A DNA stretch of 64,000 nt from the NCBI GenBank assembly GCA_002189035.1, contig CM007991.1, positions 1,550,001-1,614,000 on the forward strand, given 5' to 3'. The number at the start of each line of letters is the position of its first letter. The first letter of the stretch is position 1. The notes beneath the pieces were generated by a model, which had not been told where the DNA came from, searched no databases, and saw nothing but the letters and a program-made list of their open reading frames with translations. Of the stretch, positions 1 through 12,820 are shown one piece after another. A program made the translations under genes and the position numbers. The stretch is from Utricularia gibba (lineage: Eukaryota > Plantae > Magnoliophyta).

Positions 1-2
1 TC

Positions 3-299
3 AAATGTGGTATCAATTACCAGCCCCCTACGGTGGTTCCTGGAGGTGATCTTGCTCGTGTTCAGCGTGCTGTTTGCATGATTAGCAACAACACAGCTGT
101 GGCAGAAGTTTTCTCCAGAATCGACCACAAATTCGATCTCATGTACTCGAAGCGTGCATTTGTCCACTGGTATGTGGGTGAAGGTATGGAAGAAGGTGAA
201 TTCTCAGAGGCGCGTGAGGATCTCGCTGCTCTTGAAAAGGACTATGAGGAAGTTGGTACCGAAGGTGCAGAAGATGAAGATGATGAAGAAGGCTACTAA
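3..299 (+). CDS. TUA: alpha-tubulin, C-terminal part (gene starts before the window)
   Basis: Frame from nt 3 reads [85 protein letters not shown]...EEGY*, the canonical alpha-tubulin C-terminus with terminal Tyr. Confidence 0.98.
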   Translation, partial: KCGINYQPPTVVPGGDLARVQRAVCMISNNTAVAEVFSRIDHKFDLMYSKRAFVHWYVGEGMEEGEFSEAREDLAALEKDYEEVGTEGAEDEDDEEGY

Positions 300-1095
300 A
301 AACTTGTTGGATGAGATTATCACAAGTTTTTGGTTTCCCTATTCAATCCTTGTTTTCTAGTGTGCTTTCGAATGGCTGCAATTGCATTTGGATGTTTCTC
401 ATATCATTGGAGTGGATATGCTTTGGTCATCAGAGTCTCCTCCTTTTATTAACCACTCTTCTGTCTGTATATGTGCTTTTGTCATTCATAACCCTTCCAG
501 GTTCTCATTGATTAGTAGACTACGAGTTTATCCATGAAGTGAAAAAGGATCCGGCTTGGTAAGATAGCAAGGTAATGTTGGTGGATACTCCATTCAACGG
601 GTTCAAGATGATGCTATTTTCTTCCAGCTCAATACCACTCTTTGAAATGGTTGTTATGAGATTAGCAAACACACCAAGTTTGTTAATTTTATGTTTATTT
701 AGAATTATTTAGTATTTTTTAATCTAGTTATAATGTTAACGTGTATGTGAAATTGATGTTTACTGGACAAAAACATCGTTCGGTTCAACTTTATTGGCCA
801 ACCATCGTTTAGGAGAGATTTGGAAGGCTGATCCTCCTTTTTACGTTGTTGTCTGTGCAGTTGATGGATGGAACTTGGTGTTTTTGGGCTATCGGGCCCG
901 CCCCGGCTAATGGCATTGAAGAGGATGGCAGCTTGATCTTTGTTGACAGGTAGCTGAGCGGATGCGTCCAAACCGAACTGCATTTATTTCTCTTCCATCT
1001 TCCCATAAATTCAAAGGCTCGGAACCAAGGAAGAAGACGACCAGTTCAAAGACTCCATTTTCCCTGGTATCTGTATCCGCATATTGATTGATATT

Positions 1096-1668
1096 ATGGC
1101 TCTGGTGGAGGCGCTCATTCTTCTTGCGTTTGTGTCCACGGCCGGTGCGGCCACCACGGACACGGCCTCGCGTCCTTGCGGGATTCTGAGTAATCTATCA
1201 GCTTGCAGCTCTTACATTTATGGGAATCCAAGAAGCACAACTCCACCATCGAGTGATTGCTGCAACACCCTCACCTTCATCCTTCACACGAAGCCGCTTT
1301 GTCTGTGTAAGGTTGTGCAAACCGATAGCTACCTTGTGCAGAACCGAGCTGTGGGTCTTCCTAGATCTTGCAATGTTACCACTCCGCCAGTTTCGCTCTG
1401 CCCACGTAAATTAATCATTCCAAGCATTTATTCTGACATTTCCTTACCCTCCTACTTCAACTTTCTTTCTCAGCTCACACCCAGTTTTTTTTGTTTTGTT
1501 TTTACAGATGAAACATCTTCAGGTAAGCTAATTGCCATCTTAAATCTGGTTACTCCAGAATCATTGTGCCATCTAATTTGCTGAGTTTCTTCAGGGCATG
1601 GAGCCGAGATTGTAGTAGTTTTTCAACTGCTATGTTTCCTTGCAGCGGTTTTCAGAATAGTATTATGA
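1096..1668 (+). CDS. GPI-anchored non-specific lipid-transfer protein (LTPG type); exons 1096-1405, 1508-1522, 1595-1668
   Basis: Signal peptide, eight-cysteine motif (C..C..CC..CLC..C..C) and GT-AG junctions in phase 1. The joined CDS is 399 nt (132 aa) and ends in a hydrophobic GPI-signal-like tail GHGAEIVVVFQLLCFLAAVFRIVL*. Confidence 0.85.
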
Positions 1669-2453
1669 ACGATTGAAGAGTAAATCAACAGAAGCAAAAA
1701 GCTTCTGATTTGATGCGCGATCTCTTACTTGAGGATTGGACTGATTTTTGGTGCCATTGTGATAATGGGAAGCGATACAGAAATGGGAATTTAATTCCAC
1801 ATGCCAAATAAATATCCCTTGTGATGATAGGACTGACAGCTCTCATCTACTACCTTCCCCTCACCTACTTGTGTGGTTTCTGTGTTTTCTTTTTCTTTTT
1901 CTGTGAAACATTTACAACTCCAGACAGGCAAATTTCATTGGCGTTGGGTTCTGCTGGACAGCCTTGGCTCTGCCTCTGCATTTAGTGTGAGTTAGGTAAG
2001 TCCCCACTGAAGGCAATGGCCCTCGTTATGTTGTGACTCATTCCTCTTTGGATCCAACTGCTGCATCTTCCACCAAGACATCATTCCTTGAGGGTGGTGA
2101 TGGTTTAGTAGGCTGCATGTTTTTTGTGATCCTCAGAGGCTCCCCTCTTTTGTATGTGCTGCAGGCACAATTTGACTGAGAAATCAACTGAAAAGGAGTT
2201 TAGGAAAATTAAATGAGCTCTCAAGTAACCTTTGTAATGAGCTTGATTCCCCCGGAAAGCCACCAATCTGCATCATACGTCAGCTGTCATTTCGAAACTA
2301 AGTAAATAATGATCCACGAAGTGGGCATTTTTCAAGTATTTTCACCACTTGAACCTTAACTTAGACAATGTGACTCCCCACGTTACTTCATGTGGTCACC
2401 AGGCTCATTTTTGGTATACTTACTAAGTGCATTGAGGTGCAACTGGGCGTAGG

Positions 2454-3829
2454 TCACGAGTCATCGTCGCAGTCGTCTGCGGTTGCAGAAGCAGGAGTAC
2501 CTATCAACACAAGTCTTTCCTCAGGCTTGTGCCTTCCCAAGTTTCCAGATTTCTCTTCAGCCAGCAGGGACTGCAGATCGCTGCATTTGCTAGGCTGTTG
2601 AATTCAACAGCTTTGGAAGGCATTGTTAGGTCGCGACGTTGGGCGAACGTCATCAGCCGTTTGACGGATTGGTGTGTGCCACGCTGTTGGTGTAAATCTT
2701 TTCACGAGCAGACCGCTCATGGATACCGATAGGCCAGGGAGCATTTCCGATTGCCAGCTTTATGTAATGGTCCATTGCCGGAAGGTAATCACGGTTCAGA
2801 GAGCAGTCAACCACCAACATCAGCGCAAGCCGAATATTATCAGGAAGAACCTGCGAGTGGAAACCCATGATAATGAAAGTGAATTCAATCTGTGCAACAC
2901 CGGAAGACCACAGAAGGAATTGACTGAGACCACGCCGCAACGCTGAACCATTCCATTCATGATTCAAAAAACAGGAGATGAACAGATTAAACAGCTGAGA
3001 CAGAGAGAAACATACCTTCTTTCTGCAGAACTTGAAGAGTGGATTCAAATAGCGAGCACACTGCTTGAAAGTAGCCACCATTGACTTTCCTTTGGCGGTC
3101 CTCTTCTCAGCCTCACTCATCTCATCGAGCTCTTGATTCCATTCATTCAACAGTTTCTTGAAAAACACCAAAATCTTATCCTCATCACACAATTCTTCAA
3201 AATTGGTTTTCATTCTTTTCAAACCCTTCTCATGGTCAACCCCAGAAGACGCCCCGTCCCCGCTGAGATCCTCATCCCCCCCACTCTCCTTGTCCTCTCC
3301 TCCATCCTCTGCCGTCTTTCTTTTCCTATCACTCAAAATCCCGGATTTCTGACGCTTCTTCAACTCCGCGATATCCCTCAAAAAATCATTCGTTTGTCCC
3401 TCCGTCATATCGCTGTCATCGACTTCAAATAACCCAGCTTTCAACACATATTTCAATCGGTCAAGCCGGGCGTCGTCATCTTCCCCAAACAGGGTAACAG
3501 GTTGCTTCAAGAATCGTAGCCTTCGGATCACTTCCTGCTTGAGAGATTAAGATTGTCGATGTTGTTCTCCTCGGCGACGGATTTTGAAGAGGACTCGGGC
3601 TTCGATTTAGACACTTCCAATTTTCGCGTCGAATCGAGAACAGTTATGTTCTCCGCATTGCTTGACTGCTTCTGGCGAAGTGCCTTCGCCTCGGCTTCGC
3701 GCTTCTCCTCCTCCCGCAACCGCTGGAGGCGTTTCTATTAAATCTCAGACCGCTTAAACACTTTCTTCCCCCGGTCTCCTCCGCCAGGCTCTTCCGCTTC
3801 CTCAGTAGCTCCTCCTTCAGCACATCCAT
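2454..3829 (-). pseudogene. PRP18: PRP18 pre-mRNA splicing factor pseudogene (intron 2851-3015 retained)
   Basis: Recognisable PRP18 blocks: MDVLKEELLRKRKSL, EVIRRLRFLKQP, TFKQCARYL, MDHYIKLAIGNAPWPIG, SKAVEFNSLAN. Lesions: tandem TAA TAG at 3740-3735, loss of VTMVG near 2726, frameshifting loss of about IMNDETTRKYL near 2672, and three 1-nt shifts. Confidence 0.88.
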
Positions 3830-5256
3830 GGCTCGATCCGGCAACCGCAGTGAACGATAGCAATTGAAGATCGTGGATGAATTAGGGCTTCGAGTTCAAG
3901 ACGAGGGAAAAACAAATTCGAAATTAAAATTCCAAATTCCTAGTTTTGTTCCCTAAAGTTAAAACAAATCGTTAAATAAAGGAAAATTAAATAATTATTC
4001 CACAAAAAAATGAACTAACTTTATATTGATGGGACAACCTCCTATACAATTTAAAGACAAAATTGATGAATTTTTTAATTCAAAATAATTATTAAATCAA
4101 GATGCTATCTTCATGGATAGCCACTAATTTTTGGATTAAAAATTGAATAGTTGCAATTATAACATTTAATGTGGAGTGATTTAGATGATTAAATTTGAAG
4201 TTAATTTTAATTAATCCAAATTCATGGGTTGTTTTATTTAAATAATAATTTTATTTTTTAAAATACTTTAAAATGTAATTAAAATTATTGGATTTGTCTC
4301 GATATAATATAAAATAATTCAATCTAAATACAAAAAATAGTGCATTTTTGGGTAAGTTTGTAAATATACGAAGGCATCCCTGCACTTCCGGCTGCAGAGG
4401 GTTCTTTTGTTGGGTAGTTACTACAACATTGATCTTTTGTAAGAATGTGAGTTCTTTGTAAGATGAAACGAACTCCACGGCAAGAGACACATTCATTTGC
4501 GATGCTTCCGAGTTCAAAGGTTCCATCTTTTTCTTCTTTTAACTGCAACTTAAATCCGGGCATTGAATGTTACCTGGAAGGAAGTCCTTAATTTCAAGGC
4601 TATGGATTCTCTTGGTTCCTTCTGGTTGTTGCCACTGTTATTGAGTTTGAGTGTTGTTACTATTATTTTACTTTTATGAGCAGAAGAGACACTGTTCCAG
4701 GCTGTCTCCTGAATAAACAGCCTTTAATCTTTTCCCTCTTTATCTTGCAGTCGTTGAAGTTTGAAATTAGTAGCTCCACTAGTAGTGACAACCGAATCAT
4801 GGCGCTGTTGGCTAGGGGAAGGCTTGGCTGGGGCTAATTTATTTCTTCCATCTGGGAAAGTCAGTGTGTATTGAATGGTGTTAGCAGATTCATTTCCAAG
4901 ACCAAAACTTGGTTCATTTCTGACTAAAGATCTCATCTTGATCTTCAAACTTGAGTGATTTGGGAGGAGGTGAGCCACGATTACTTCTTTTGAGGTCCCA
5001 TTTTCAGGAGAAATAAAAGTGAATCTTGCTTTAAGCTGTTTTCTTCATCGACTGCTCTTAATCCCACCGAACTCCATAAAGAACGTTTCGTTGTGTGGAT
5101 AAAACATCTTTCAAGAGCTGGATGCCCAGACCTCAGGAAGCCACATCATAAAGACTGTTTTTCTTCTTACAGAGAACTAGTGGCACGCCTTCCGTTGATA
5201 CAGTTTTTGCGTGGGATGACAACATAACCACTTTCTTCTCTTCTTCACTCTAAAGA

Positions 5257-7534
5257 ATGCTGAAGGTGGGTTTTCAAAATCTGCGTTCGGGCCGAGATCT
5301 AAGCCCGGATTCGGTTATTTTCACCGGTGAATCCAACTTGAGTATGTTCTCCTCCGCTTCCGCCAGTGTAGACCGCTGCTCTTTTGCATCTGATCCAGAT
5401 TCTGTTGCTTCCGCAGTTTCTCAAGTAATGTTCTTCTACAAGCTTCTCGATTTCGCTACATTCTTTTTTTCGGGATTGTTGGTGATTTTGCTCATCCCCA
5501 TTCTTCGAGCCTGGTTCCAGTTGTTTTTAGTGGGCGAATCGTGTGACTCGCCATCGTGTTTTAGTGGAATCTAGTTCTTTCTAACTCAACAGATGTGTTG
5601 TCCGATGGGGATGTGAAGTTTGATTCTTGATTTTTGAATCAGAAGTTGGTAGGGCATGAAAGGTCTGAATTGATAGGTGGTGGTCCTGATCCAGGCAAGC
5701 CCACGTCCGTGAACAAGACAAGCGTTGTTCTCAGCAGAAAAGAGAAGTCCAAAGGTACATTTTTAACTTTCGAATGATGGGCCAATGGAGGAAATTTCAG
5801 AACATGTTCAATTTTTCAACGTTGGTTTCATGTGCATAGAGCTGAAGTGTTTTCCCTCAATCATGTCCTTCAGTTTTAGATGCCAGTGAAGCTGAGACAA
5901 CGGAGGATGACAATAGCGCCATAGATTCTGCTAGAAATTCTTTCTCTAGAGCTGTTAAAGGTACGTTATAGTGTGAATTCTGTGCATTGCTGGTTTGCAT
6001 TTCTCATGTTTCTTGGAAATTCTTTTGTTAGAATGCCAGGAAAGACGCTTAAGATCCGAAGTTGTAGTCAAAAAAACAGGACGCCCGAGATTGGCATCTG
6101 TGGAGCTTCACAATTCTTCATCTAATACCGTGAGCTCTTCATCGCCAAGAGCCGGGTTAATGCGACTGCCATCATCTACAAGTCAAAGAACAGGATGGTT
6201 CCCCAGCCCAGGAACTCCAATCTATAGTAACTCCAGTGTTGTGATTCAAAAAGGTTGGAGCTCAGAGCGAGTTCCCTCCATCGTAACATGAACAGAAGAA
6301 ACGTGAATGGTGGTTTGATGCCCTGCAACAATGGGAGGACTCTGCCTTCCAAATGGGAAGATGCTGAGAGATGGATTTTTAGTCCAGTTTCTGTTGAATC
6401 TTCAGTTAGAACATCATTTCAACAGCCTCAACAGCGGCCAAAGTCAAAGAGTGGTCCACTTGGGCCTCCCGGAGTGGCTTACTATCAAATGTTTTCCCCT
6501 GCAGTTCCTTCTTTTGAAAGGGGAAGTTTTGGGAAGATGGCAGGAGATTCACCAATTTCGGCAGGAGCCATATGTACCAATCCCTCGTCGGCTTTGTATA
6601 GAATACGTCAAGAGAATGGTAACTTGATCTCACCCACAAATCCTTGCATAACAAGGTCAATCAGTATTCATGGATGTGGTGAAATAGTCGGCCAGTCAGC
6701 GCTGCCAGGACATGAAGGTAACACTGCTTCCCCTCTGCAAATGAGTCTTGTATCAAGTTAGATAAACTATTTGTATCATGAGGATCTAGTCTGTTGTCTT
6801 GGTCTGATGGCTGATTCATCCTTCAGGCGCAAATGAAGGTGGAAAATACAATGGCATGGAAAATGCTGCTGTGAACAGCATGTCCATTGGGCTATCAAGG
6901 AAGGATATGGCTACTCAGATGAGTCCTGAGAACAGCTCCAATTCCTCCCCAGAGCGTACCTCCTCATTCTCCATTGCAACACCATCAGTCCTTCCCCTTG
7001 TAGAGTTGCATGCTTCCCAGCAAACAGCAATGGAAGAACATGTTACCATGTCGAGGTGGTCAAAGAAGAGCTGGATAATCTCAGCAGGGGCATCAAAAAG
7101 CATTTCAAAGTAATGGATATACACGGCCTGCATATTTTTGTCAAAAATACTTATCTGCAACATCAAATGCGTGTTGCAGGGCACAGAGAGAGGAAGCCAG
7201 GATTGCTGCTTGGGAGAATCTACAGAAAGCAAAAGCTGAGGCTTCAATAAGGAAACTAGAGGTAGATCTGAAGTCTTCTTCGACTGCTGCCGGTTCGACC
7301 TGCACTACTATTCCATTTGTTTGTTCAATGCAGATGGAACTGGAGAAGAAGAGGGCATCGTCCATGGAAATGATAATGAACAAACTTAGAGGTGCACAAA
7401 GGAAAGCACAACAGATGAGGAGCTCCATGATGGATAATCAGGCGGCTCATCGAAATTCAGACCGAACGACATGGCGTCGGAGGATACTTCGTGGTGGATT
7501 CTTTAGCAGATACTTCACTTGCCATGCTTCTTAG
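5257..7534 (+). CDS. remorin with long N-terminus (group 5-like), multi-exon; 1-nt frameshift at 6274-6276
   Basis: DLSPDSVIFT..SASASVDRCSFASD, DSARNSFS, GWSSERVP, TLPSKWEDAERWI, RKDMATQMSP and the remorin C-domain REEARIAAWENLQKAKAEASIRKLEMELEKKRASSM. Splice phases are consistent except at one CCC run. Confidence 0.88.
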
Positions 7535-8073
7535 CTGTTGCAGAGTTGCTACTTGCTGCTCTGGTGAGAATAAGGTAGTAAGAATTAAATTACCCTGCTC
7601 CCCATCTGTTGAAATCTGCCGGTTATGTTTGCTTTCTCGTGTGTCAATGATAGAAGACTTGGACGCCATTCACCTCTTAAATGTGGAACCAGACAATCAG
7701 AAACACTGTTAACAATGCACCATATTTTATGAGAAAAATCAAGTCTTGAATACTTTCACGTGGCAAGGGCAGCTATGGTTATGCGTGGAGCTCAAGTGCA
7801 AAATCCGGCCCCACCATGTCACCGTCGCCGGAATCACCACCTGATTTTCCGTCGCCCTCACCCTAGCCGTCTGTAAACCCGGAGAGGCATTCAACGGTCG
7901 AGAGAAGGCATGGTTTGTTCGTGTTCATAACAAGGTATTCAGGAACCGAAACGACAAAGGATTGCTGTGTTTATGGTTCTTAAAATCTTCACACAGTAGT
8001 ACGGAACTAACACAACCTTACGCCCGGTGAACATGAACAAGGTGATTAAGCTGGTAATCATTCATTTCATTCC

Positions 8074-8685
8074 TCAAACGGACGAAGGATCCGGGTAGCT
8101 TGACGGATGTTCAACGTTAGGAACCGGAAAAAAACTACCCATCGGAACGCCAGCCTCCGGCGTACCCACCCTGCTAGTCGAAACCTGCTCCAGAGACTGC
8201 ACTTGATTCTTCAAGAACTTGACATAAAGTATCGCCTCATCGAGCATCGACGCCGTGTCCATTTTAGTTCCCCCGGGGACGAGTCGCTGCAGAATCCGGA
8301 TCCTCTCGCTGATCCTCTCCCTGCGGTGCCGCGCGGCGACGCTCTGCGGGTCAGTGGAGATCTTGACGTTTCTCCTCTTCGGGGGCTTGACAGATTCCGG
8401 GTCAATGTGAACCGGCTGCATAGCCGCGATTCTGAATATCATTTCTCGCATAGCCGCCATCGAAGCTCTCTTGCCGCCACCAGCCAGAGGCAGAGACGTA
8501 TCCCCTGCTCCCTCGGAAGAGGAAACAGGGAGAGTTGGATTCGGCTGGTGGGTCTGGAAACAACCATTGATTGTGCTGCTGTTGTTGATGCTGATGTAAG
8601 AGGATGAGAAATCAGGGAGATGCTTCCCGACCTGCATCAGCATCATCTCCATCTGATCTTCATTTTCTTCCTTCGAGAAATCCAT
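8074..8685 (-). CDS. HEC: HECATE-like bHLH transcription factor, intronless
   Basis: [75 protein letters not shown] is the HEC/IND signature. Confidence 0.93.
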   Translation of the reverse strand: MDFSKEENEDQMEMMLMQVGKHLPDFSSSYISINNSSTINGCFQTHQPNPTLPVSSSEGAGDTSLPLAGGGKRASMAAMREMIFRIAAMQPVHIDPESVKPPKRRNVKISTDPQSVAARHRRERISERIRILQRLVPGGTKMDTASMLDEAILYVKFLKNQVQSLEQVSTSRVGTPEAGVPMGSFFPVPNVEHPSSYPDPSSV

Positions 8686-10414
8686 GGGAGGAGGAGGAAA
8701 CAGAGAACCGAATGGAACAGTTTTTTCATGGAAGACAGGGGCACTTCAGGCTGCCTTTTATGCCAACAAAGGGGCACTTCTTGAAATCATCAATTATGTA
8801 CCCTAATCTTTGACATGCTTATTTTGATTTTACTTCTAAATATTTTAATATTACTCAAAATTTTACCTAAAAATTAGACATAAAAACATAAGAAATAAAT
8901 TATTGTAGTTTTTTATTTATGTTTTTTTTTAATTTCCAAAGTCTTGCTATTTCTCATCTCCTTTTGCCACGTGGGGTGGTGGTGTTGAATTGATTTGATA
9001 GCTTTTTATCAATATATATGTTGGATAAAATGCATACTTAAAATTCTTTTTTGTATATTGTTTTATTAATCAAATAATGAAAATATCTTATTACATATCA
9101 TCATAATGACTTATTGGTCGGCATTAAGTATAATGATTGGGTATACTCCCGCCCAACTTTCTATTCCCTTATCTGTTTCGAATTCCTTCTCGAAATCCTC
9201 ACAGACAACCAACCACACAAACAGCGAAGGATTCAGCCACTCGATCGCGTTCTTCAAGTGGTCATGGTTGATGAGTTTTTTCTTGCTTTCTTTTTGTGAT
9301 TGAAGAGTGTAGTGCAAAAGACTGTTGAGGTCTGAGCTTGTGGGTGAATGGATGAATGAAATTCAGTCTTGTGTGTGTTTCATTGGGATGGAGGCATCTG
9401 AAGCGTACGGCCAGAGCTTTTCTGTGAAAATTTATCGTCTTGTTAACAGGTGCAGCCTCCCCATTTGCCCCTTCTCCCCATACCTCGCGCACAGGATCAT
9501 GGGTCTTCCTCAAACTCCGAGAATATCGAGGGCGGGCTGGCTTCGCCTGCGCAGCCACATGCCTCCATTTAAGGATTTATCTTTCAAACATCCTTTGACT
9601 GTTCGTCTTACACAGTGTAGCATGTATCAGGAATCAAAAAGATACCAAGGCTGAGAGGTGCCGGCAGTGGCAACAAGTTTGTCGACCCTGACTCGAACCG
9701 GGCGATACGGTACACTTGACTGTGGTGTGGTTTACGAGCTTGAGGGGAATTCAAATCCCTGCAACATTTTCGGAAGCGACAACCATCCTCTACCCACATG
9801 AAGGGCGTCAGAGCTCAGAATGAATCGAAAAAAATATTGTACTTTCTGGCAACCGAATGGCGCCCCAATTAATCGCAGCAAGATTTGAAACACTTGGCTC
9901 GATGTCTAGTTATTACTCTTGTGTATGATATGGTGTTATTTTGGACAAACCTGGGCACGACCCATGTTGTGAGGAAGAAGGCGGGGCGGGGAGTCCCTAC
10001 GCAATATTTTATTCTCTGTATCACCTTATCTCATCCCACCCACCAACATCACAGATACAATTCACGGGGATGAAGATGAGATTCCAGTCTGGTGGATTTG
10101 TAGTTCACCTGATATAGCCTGGAACCAAACAATTTAGCAGGTGTCCCGGCAGCAATGTACAACCCATACCATTATTATCAGTGTTCTGTCGTAACAGGGT
10201 ATATTCAAAGAACATCCTGTAAGAAGTATAACTGGGAATATTTCAAGCAAACCACCATTCAAATCATTAATGGTTTGCTTGAATTCCATGAATTTCTAGC
10301 TCACTGCTCAATTCGTACGCTCTTTATGGTTAAAAATCTTTGACATGGGTGATGGTGAATTGTCAGATACAATGGAAAATGTGCAGTTAGATACAAGGTT
10401 TCTTAGCTTCCTAA

Positions 10415-12145
10415 TCACATATAAACCTCCATGCCTGTATATTTCCACGACTGGCACACAGGACAAATGCTCAACTTGCTCTCGCATTCTTTACACATAC
10501 ATAGATGCTTACACGGAAATAGTAGCATGCACACCTGGTTCACCCCACAAACCTTGCACCTCATAGGATGCCGGTTCGTGCTCACCGGTGGGAGGCCCAC
10601 TGGACGGCCGTTGCAGCAAGAAGCGGTGTCTTCAACCTCGCTATCCCACACCCTTCTTTGCTATCTCTGCCTTGGGCATAAACCTGCTGTAGATTCTGCG
10701 TCAAGCTGTTGATCATGCTCTCAATGTATTTTGCTCTTTGTTGCCAGGCATTAGCCTCCATGGAGAGGCGATTCACTCGCAGCTCGAGCTCCATGTTCTT
10801 CTTGTTGATGTCCTCCACCTCGGCCTCCTTCTCACGTAGCTTTTGCATTACCTTCTGCTCCACATATGAGACGGTTTGAAGTTGCGTTGCCTGGAACTTC
10901 TCAAGAATAGCTTGCCGAAGACGATCCCCCTATCATCAAAATAGCAATTCAGATTCACACTCCAAGAAGATACTAAACTCTTTACGCTGGGAAAGCATGA
11001 AATTTCAGGAACTTCTTTGGAGTATGTTCCAGTGCTAGTGAATAGTATATACTATCTAGTGCATCAAGAAAAATCATAGGGGCTCGTTACTGTAAATGAG
11101 TATCAGACAACACTTGCTCTTAATTATTATTAAATATCCCACAAAAAAAAGACGAAATCATAATACCAACGCACTTAATCCTCACAATGAAATGGATAAC
11201 TTTTACCCAAATTTCGCCAAAAGGTTACTTTTATCCACATTTTGCCAAAAGGGGGAATGGATAACTTCCTTAGCTAAAATGGGTGTAGACACAATGGTTC
11301 AGGGTCTAAATCGATTAAAAAGGGAAGGTCAACCACACCATACAAGAAAACAAGAATCCAGATACTGGCGCAAGGAAAGTAATATGCAATAACTCTAAAG
11401 GGGTAAAAAGAACCCACCTGAAGCTTAATATATCTTTCAATGTCAGCATCCTGCCTTTGCACTTCTTGCTCAATAGAATCAAACCCCAGGCCAATAACAG
11501 TCGAATCACCCGAAGATGTCAAGAGTGGATTTTCCAAAGAAAGACCCAAGCCAGTGGACACTGACTGTGGATGCATCAGCTCCGCCGACGACAACTGCGA
11601 GTTGTTGTTACTATTGTCGTCCATAAAAACTTGCTCCGTGGGCGTCGTCGTCTTCAATCCTAACCCAAAATTCCATTGCAAATCAAGATCATCTGCCTCA
11701 TGAACGGAGACCGGCGCCTGCCCCGCGACTTGAACTGTTCATGGATAGAAATGGTTAACAAAGACACCGACAAAACCACAACAACCAAGGATGAAAAGTC
11801 TTTGGATGGTAAGCGAAAATACGAGAAGGGATATAGGGAGGATGATCTTCCAGCAGATTATCGGTGTTGAAGTAGACAACTGGCTGCGAAATCTGGCCCT
11901 CCATGCTATTGTTATACAAATCGCTGAAACAGAAATCCCAATTTCCATACATAAACAGCCGTACGTTACGAATTGAAAACAAGAACCTCGCATACCAGCA
12001 AAAACCTAATTCTAGAACACAAAGCAATGACATCCTTCTTTTGGACCGCACACAAAATTCTAGACCAAAAATACCTGAACGGCCTCGATTGCTCAGGCTG
12101 CTGCTGATGAAATTGCTGAAACTGGTTTTGGGGGAAGGGAGCCAT
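10415..12145 (-). CDS. BOI/BRG-like (SBP1-type) RING E3 ligase, 4 exons; 1-nt frameshift at 10645-10647
   Basis: MEGQISQPV, SVSTGLGLSL, QRQDADI, QKLREKEAEVEDINKKNMELE, WQQRAKY, DSKEGCG|DSEVEDTASCC, and a C-terminal RING CKVC..PCKHLCMCKEC..CPVC. Confidence 0.9.
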
Positions 12146-12820
12146 TTGCTCAAATCTTTCCGACCAACGACGAAATGAGAGCGCAGCCGGAGGCACATTA
12201 TATAAACATTTTATTTAAAAAATAATAAATTGACATCTCAGCACGTTTTTCAAACTCAACAGAAATTTATTCGATATTATTACAATTTTAATGATATTCT
12301 AGTTGACAATAAATTTTAATATATATAATTTGATTTATTATATAAATAAAAAACTCTCCTAAATTTTAATAAAAATATTAATTACAAATTTCATCATTTT
12401 CGAGCATAATATTTGACACAAAGAGATATAATCCAATCAAAATGATATAATTTTTAGCATCGGATTAAAATCCATTAATTCATAAAATATTATCACAATA
12501 AATTAATATTACTCTCCATGCCGTACTTAATATTAGTTATAGTTTTAGGATGTTTCTTTTTAATTATAATTATAATAATAAAAATTTGAATTTAATACGA
12601 TCTAATTATTAATTGTACTGTTAATTTCGTGATTTTCAACCTGTCCTCATCACCGTGAGCTTTGTCTTCTTTTGGGCCTTTTTGGGCTCCGGAACACTTG
12701 GACCGGGCTGGGCTATTATATTTTTAGAAACTCTAATTAAAAAGTAATATATTTATTGAAAAGAGAGAGACACTTGTGCGTCTGTAGAGAGGGGAAGGAG
12801 TGGTGCAGGCAGCGCCGGCG

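Noticed and set aside
1830-2180. Second, degenerate LTP copy (PWLCLCI, SSTTFPSPTC)
   Set aside because: Only a CLC tripeptide and weak context; the cysteine pattern cannot be rebuilt.
5842-5852. miR395-like 11-mer (and a miR169-like 11-mer near 54245)
   Set aside because: Short chance matches inside gene bodies, with no hairpin partner.
8107-8607. 166-aa plus-strand ORF; likewise 12800-13273, 34441-34848, 34458-34985, 54374-54796 and other long ORFs
   Set aside because: They are antisense or alternate-frame shadows of GC-rich real exons, with no family motifs.
9686-9702. tRNA T-arm/B-box-like GGTTCGAGTC on minus
   Set aside because: The stem has a mismatch, and I find no A-box, D-arm or cloverleaf.
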